DNA from: Massalongia carnosa
Lineage: Eukaryota
Direction: 5' to 3'
DNA: 64,000 bases
NCBI GenBank assembly: GCA_965645245.1
Contig: OZ287088.1
Location: 744,001-808,000 of the forward strand
Positions 57,801 to 64,000 of this stretch are shown in pieces (position 1 is the stretch's first letter; each line of letters opens with the position of its first letter). The notes under the pieces are model-generated. The model had not been told where the DNA came from and searched no databases. It saw only the letters and a list, made by a program, of their open reading frames with translations. The translations under genes were made by a program, and so were the position numbers.

Positions 57801-60106
57801 TGTAAAGAGCTTCGAAGTCTGGCGCCCCGAGGTTGCAAGTGCTGCTCCTGATAAACCTGTCAAAGTATACACCGATCACAAGAACTTAGAGCATTTCATG
57901 ACCACGAAGCAGCTGAACAGAAGACAAGCCAGATGGGCCGAATTTCTCTCCGAATTTAATTTCAAGATAATGTATCGACCGGGGAAGCAAGGAGAGAAAC
58001 CGGACACGCTGACCCAACGCTCTCAAGATCTCCCGAAGGGATTCGAAGATATCAAAGAACAACATCAATTTCAAACGTTGTTGTAGGAGCATCAATTAGA
58101 TGACGATATACGTAAAGCATTAACAGTTGTGTTCTGCGCGAACACAGCAGGCGACGACGATCACGATAACGATCAAGACGATCGAAGCAAAATCACTGAG
58201 AAAGACGCAACGGAATCAGAAGAACCCAATGCAGAACATATATCAGGGACCGATGAGACCGAGAACCCGATAACGAAGACTTGGAAGGAGCTAATCGAAG
58301 AAGCTTACGAAAGAGATGAAACGGTACAAGACATAATAGCGGCAAAGAAAAAGGAACTGAGAAAACTCCCATTGAACCTCATCAAAAGAGGACTAAAGTT
58401 AGCAATGGGGGACCTCAAAATAGAAAACGGCAAGTTGTATGTCAAAGGAAGACTATACGTACCAAATCACGAGACACTGCAGCTACATTTACTGCAAAAG
58501 CACGACGAACCACCATTACAGGGCCATCCAGGATACAAGAGTATGTATCAAACAATAAGAGAAAATTACTTCTGGTTCGAAATGAAAGAGCATTGCAAGA
58601 GATACGCAGTGAACTGTTCCGTATGTCGAAGATCAAAAGCATACAACGACAAAAAGCAAGGTCTCTTGAACCCTCTTCCGATCCCGAACAGAAAATGGAT
58701 GGACGTATCGTTGGACTTCGTTGAATTTCTACCAGAATGCCGAAGACGAAACAGAGTCTATCAACACATATTAGTGAAAGTAGATCGTTTAACGAAAAGA
58801 CGATTATACGAACCACTAACCTCTCTCTCCATGGACGAACTGATGGACGCAATGTCCAGAAGATTATTCTCCTCCTACGGATTTCCTATATCAACAGTCA
58901 ATGATCGCGGTAGTCAACTAACCGCTCACCTTTGGAAAAGAGTTTGCGAAAGATACGGTGTTAAAATAAAGTTCTCTTCCGCACATCACCCCGAAACAGA
59001 CGGTCAAACCGAAAACGCCAACAAGGTAATGAAGAACTACCTTCGAGCATACGTAAGTTATACACAAGACAATTGGGTGGATTATCTCTCGGGCGCCGAG
59101 TTTGCCGCCAACAATCATTTAAAAGTATCAACGGGAATGACTCCATTCTTCGCAGACCATGGCTTCCACCCACGCTGTGGCATCGAACCACCAGGCACAT
59201 ACGAAGGAAAAGGAAAAGCAGAGATACTGCATGCTGACAAAATCATAGAACGGCAAGAAGCCATGCGAACCTGGCTCCGAGATCAATTAGCCTGGGCTCA
59301 GGAAGAACAAACACGACAAGCAAACAAAGGCCGTCAACCTCACCCCGAATACAAAATCGGGGACATGGTTTATGTAAACGCCAAGCACTTTGCTCCAGAA
59401 AGACCCAGCAGATCATTAAGGTTCAAGAACCCAGGACCATGGAAGATAATAAGAATTATCAACAATAAAGCATACGAATTAGAGATCCCGGATCGGTTAA
59501 AGAAGGTCGGGCTTACTCCCATTTTCATCCGTGGAAGCTACATCTCGCACCTTCCAACCCATTCCTAGGACAAGTCTTACCGTCTGGACCGCCCATAGCC
59601 ATAACCGAAAACGATAAAGAGGAGGCCCACGAAGAATGGGAAGTCCTCGAAATAATAGACTGCCGCGAAACAAGAAAGTTCGGCGTGCAGTACAAAGCAA
59701 CATTCATTGGAAATTGGGATGAATGGAACGCGAACCCTTACTGGCAACCATGGACAGACTTCAAGAATTCAAAGGACAAAATTCTCCAATACCATCGAGA
59801 ACATCCACAGAAACCCAAACCATCAGATGATCTAACAAAAATAGACGATAATCAAGAATCAGGCTAGCTGGCAGGGCGACTGCCACTTAGCGCTTCGGAG
59901 ACCTCGCCAATAGAAGGGGGGGATAGTGTCAGGGTCCTAGCCTGACATAAGGCTGAGATGGAAAGGGGGATCACGGGAGCACGCGAGGCTAGCGCGACAC
60001 TCGGTGCAGATATTCCTAGCGAGTCGCGCACAATGATTCTATTCTTCTTTATAGATAAATTTTGGTTTAATAGCGGTTGATTAGAATCGACGACAGCTTC
60101 CTTACA
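54802..60106 (+). mobile_element. Ty3/Gypsy chromovirus C, 5'-truncated, degenerate
   Basis: Gag to 55662, LIDNGC protease, RT YLDN, RNase H, integrase, chromodomain-like EEWEVLEIIDCR. PPT AGAAGGGGGGGATAG, LTR 59927-~60106. Many stops. Confidence 0.9.
57568..57763 (-). mobile_element. Solo LTR of the Copia-1 family in Gypsy C RNase H
   Basis: 196 bp, ~7 substitutions versus Copia-1 LTR, TSD GTAAC. Confidence 0.96.
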
Positions 60107-60630
60107 ATCTTGAACGTATCAAAATCGTCGCTATTCGTGATTTACGATATCATAATATTGATACAGAAATGCGCGACTGTTCGATTCAACAATGAAGATT
60201 GTGATTTAGTAAGGTTTTTAGGGTCGGATATCGTGTATATACTTTCTATTTATACTATATTTAATACACATTCCATTAATCGTTGTAGTTGTTGATTAAC
60301 GACGAAAACAATATTCTTATGCAGAATTGTAAAGTGCGGCATTTCGCCGGGCGCGGCATTTTCTCGGGAAATCTTCTAGAAGGTGAGTGCGGCCGAAATG
60401 AAGTAGCCTGATTTGTACATTCTAACACTATCAAAACTCCATATTTTTGGTGGAAACCTAGCTTACATAACTGCCACTTATTTTGTCACCCCCGCCCTGC
60501 CATATAGATAGCTAGCCTAGACCACAACAAATACACACCTTTTTGCACCCATTCTTCACATAGCCCACTACGTGATACGACTTCTGCACAGGCTAGCTGT
60601 ATAAATATAAGAAGTTCAGGACCTTCTGTC

Positions 60631-60716
60631 ATGCCAGATAAAGACTTATGCCTATTATCTCTCGATGGAGGTGGAGTGCGAGGGCTATCGTCACTCGCAA
60701 TCCTCAAGCGACTGAT
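60631..60716 (+). pseudogene. 5' end of a patatin-like phospholipase gene disrupted by Copia-4
   Basis: MPDKDLCLLSLDGGGVRGLSSLAILKRL (DGGGxRG oxyanion motif). TATA-like TATAAATATA at ~60599. Confidence 0.85.
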
Positions 60717-63700
60717 TGTAGAAGTATGAGGTTATTCATTGTTGTTATATTTATGATTCTATGACTCTACTTCTAAGGTCTGAAATCCTCCTAGTCCAGG
60801 ATGCGTGCCGCATACCGGAATAGGTCTACTGTTACACGTGACCATAATAATGTCTAGCGCCATAGGTTGGTATCCAACACCCCCCCACAAGCTATGCGCT
60901 AGTTACGTAAGAATCGCCCACGCTAACGAATCGATTTTTATCTCGTTTTTTCTGGAAGAATCAGCAGCTGTTGGTTGCATCGGTTCATTGGTAGGTTGTG
61001 GCTCCAGGTAGTGTGGCTGTGCTGATTTGGCTCTAGGTCATCTGCATCTGTTCGACAAAGGTGTGGAACTTTGCGTGCGTTAGGGCCTTCGTCAGGCCGT
61101 CGGCGATCATCTCCCCAGTTGGCACGTAGGTCAACTCGATTCTCTTTGCCTCCACCTCGTCTCGGATGTAATGGTGCTGGATATCGTGTTTGGTCCTGGC
61201 ATGGAATACTGGGTTGTGTGCCAGAGCAAGAGATCCTTGGTTGTCACCTTTGAGTGAAATAGTGGGGTATCCGTCGCTGGGCTTGAGGCTGTTGAGGTCT
61301 CTGTCGATCGCTTGTACGCACGAGTTCTTGTTGGAGACCTTGATCTCAGCATGCTGTTGGTCCGCTTCCAACACCCCAAGCTCTGTGAGGAGTAGACGAA
61401 GCCAGGTGGCTTCTTTGGCGGCCAGCGTGAGTGCGATGTATTCCGCTTCTGTGGAAGAGAGAGCAACTGTTAATTGCCTTTTAGAGCACCAGCTTATCGG
61501 TCCCCCGTTCAGCATAAAGATGAAACCGGATGTTGACTTCCGGCTGTCCTTGTCACCTGCCCAATCCGAGTCCGAATAGCCTTCGATTTTCAGTTCTTCA
61601 TCCCCCCCATAGGTTATGCCTCGATGTTTCGAGCCCTTGAGGTATTTGAGGATGGTTTTGACTGCTTCGGTGTGCTGATGGCTCGGGTTCTTGGCAAAGC
61701 GACTTACGAGGGACGTGGCGAAGGCAATATCTGGTCTGGTCTCTACCATGGAGAACATTATGGACCCCGTCATTCCTTGGTATCTCTCCTTCTCTGGTGG
61801 TGAGGCTTCTCCTTCCTCGCGTTGGGAGAGTGGCACAGATTCTTTCATCGGGGTGTTGACGGGGTTGGCTTTGTCGAGATGGAATCTCTCCAACACTTTT
61901 TCGATGTAGGCCGGTTGAGACAGTTTGATGGTTCGTTGCTTTCGATCCCGATCTATTCTCAGTCCTAGGTAAAAGCTGATGGGACCCATATCTGACATAG
62001 AGAATGCAGCTGTGAGTTCTGCTTTGACTCGCTTGATTATCCCACTGTCCTTTGGCGCCATAATCTTGATGTCATCTACGAAGACGCTGAGTACGGGACC
62101 TTTCAGCCCTGCACCCGATACGAATATACTGTGGTCTGCGTGGATGCGTTTCAAGCCTAGTTTCTCGAGGAGGAAGGCTGAAAAGCGTTCGTACCAGAGG
62201 CAGGGAGATTGTTTGAGGCCGTAGATAGCTTTCAACAGTTTGCAAACCATATTCTTTGTGGCTTCTGTCTCAGTTCCCTTTGGAATCTCCATATATATCA
62301 GTTGATCAATGAGGCCATAGAGAAAAGCCGTTTTTACGTCCATCTGGTCGATGTCCAGGTCGAAGAAGGCGGCAAGGGCGAACAGGGTTCTGAAGGCCAT
62401 TGGCTTCACCACGGATGCGTAGGTTTGATCGAAATCAACACCAAACTGTTGTAGGTACCCTTTGATAATCTATTTGGCTTTGAATCTAGATTACCTTGCC
62501 TTCGACATCACGCTTGACCTTGTACACCCAGTTCCCCCCCAGAGGTCGATGACCTGACTCTATCTCGTTCTTTGGTATGAGAACCCAGGTCTTGTTTTCG
62601 TGTAGAGAGTCTATTTCTTCTTTCATTGCCTGTGCCCACTGCGAGGCGTGGGGGCATTGCATTGCCCTGTTGTATGACTCAGGTTCTTCGACATCTAATT
62701 GGGTGGCAAGGACGTAGTCTCCTTTACTTTGGGCGTTGGCCTGAATGAGCCTCGAAGTCAAGATTGTGTATGGGTCGTCGTCTGCGTCATGGCCGTCCTC
62801 CTCGCATTCGATGTTTGTCAGGAACGCGTTTGCTTTTTCCTCCGAGTTGTGTTCCCAGTCAAGGTCTAGCAGCTTGCTGAGATGTACTATCAGATCTTGA
62901 TCTTGAGCCTTTTGTGTAGGCCTTATCGTTCGGCCAGACCGAGACTTCCTTGTCTCCGTAGTTTCATTTGACGCTCCAGTAGTTTCATCTCTAGTAGTGA
63001 CCTTTCGGCCCTTCCTAGGGGTTACTTTGCTGGGAGTTGACTCGCTGGCACCTGTTGCATTGTTGACCTTTCGGCCTACATCCAACATCTGTGTGTCGCT
63101 CGTAGCCTCGTCATCGTCATCGGAGAGTAAGAAACCTGAGAAGGTGGGAGTGTTTTTGTATTCAGGAAGCTCGGTGGACGTCTTGGCCTCGTAGTCTTCA
63201 AAGATTCTGAGATCTTTGATGCGAATGACTTTATTCTGTTCTCGGATGTGGACTCTGTAGATTGTATGACCATCGTATCCAACAAGAATACCGTGTAAGG
63301 CTCGTGGGTTCCACTTCTCAGACTTTAAGGCTCGTTCCTCTTCGTGTAGGAGAACGTACACTGTCGAGCCTAACACTCGGAGGTGTTGGATATCTGGGTG
63401 GATTTTCTGCTGTGCATGGTAGGGGTTGTCTCCACCTAAAGCCTTCGTGGGGCGAACGTTTTTGACGTACGTCATCGCAAGAACAATTTCAGGCCATAGC
63501 TCGTCATCAAGGCTTCCCTCTAGGATTGTCGCTCTTGTCATATCCATGATGGTTCTTCCCATTCGTTCTGACACGCCGTTTTGTTCCTGAGAGTACGGTG
63601 CTGAGGGTTCAAAAGTGATGCCCTTCTTCGCAAACCATTCCTCTACCCTTTTGCTCTACAGTTCTGATTCATAATCTGAACGTAGGCGTTCGACTGGTCT

Positions 63701-64000
63701 CTCCTTGTGTGACCTGGTTTTGCAGAGGTTGTAGAAGGTCTTGAGACATATGAACCAATCGCATTTCCGGGCACCAGTGTACACTTCGGTATATCGCGTG
63801 AAGTCATCCGTAAATGTGAAGAATTATCTCTCGCCTCCAAGACCAACAGGGTTGATGGGACCTACTAGGTCTGTGTGTATAAACTGGTACGTCTCGCTTG
63901 CTCGTTTCTGAGGCTCGTGGCGGTTGTAGATTTTCGTGGCTTTCGCACGTTGGCAGCTGTCACACACGTACTTTTCTGAGTCGTCCACGTAGTCGATCTC
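60717..64000 (-). mobile_element. Ty1/Copia element 4, 3' part, frameshifted; runs off window end
   Basis: LTR 60717-60879 (TGTAGAAG..TATCCAACA) beside a G-rich PPT. RT DVKTAFL/FVDD, RNase H YSDSDWA, integrase at 63300-64000. Confidence 0.93.

Overview
This is filamentous-ascomycete (Pezizomycotina-type) repeat-rich DNA, and I found no intact host gene in it. The first ~13 kb is a set of decayed accessory genes: an NLR-like SesA/HeLo-like–NACHT–MORN-repeat gene, a BioF-like aminotransferase and a GNAT acetyltransferase. Small insertions interrupt them, including a ~580-bp non-coding, TSD-flanked retroelement whose 5' end folds as an HDV-like ribozyme. From ~13 kb to the end is a deeply nested transposon pile: 2 Tc1/mariner, a hypermutated pogo/Fot1 relic (a second pogo lies at 7.3-8.7 kb), 4 Tad1-like LINE pieces, 3 chromoviral Gypsy elements, 4 Copia elements (two with intact single ORFs), a MULE and several solo LTRs. 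The 5' end of a patatin-domain gene at ~60.6 kb is disrupted by the last Copia. Boundaries were read by eye from LTR/TIR/TSD matches. Protein calls come from recognised motifs, not database searches.
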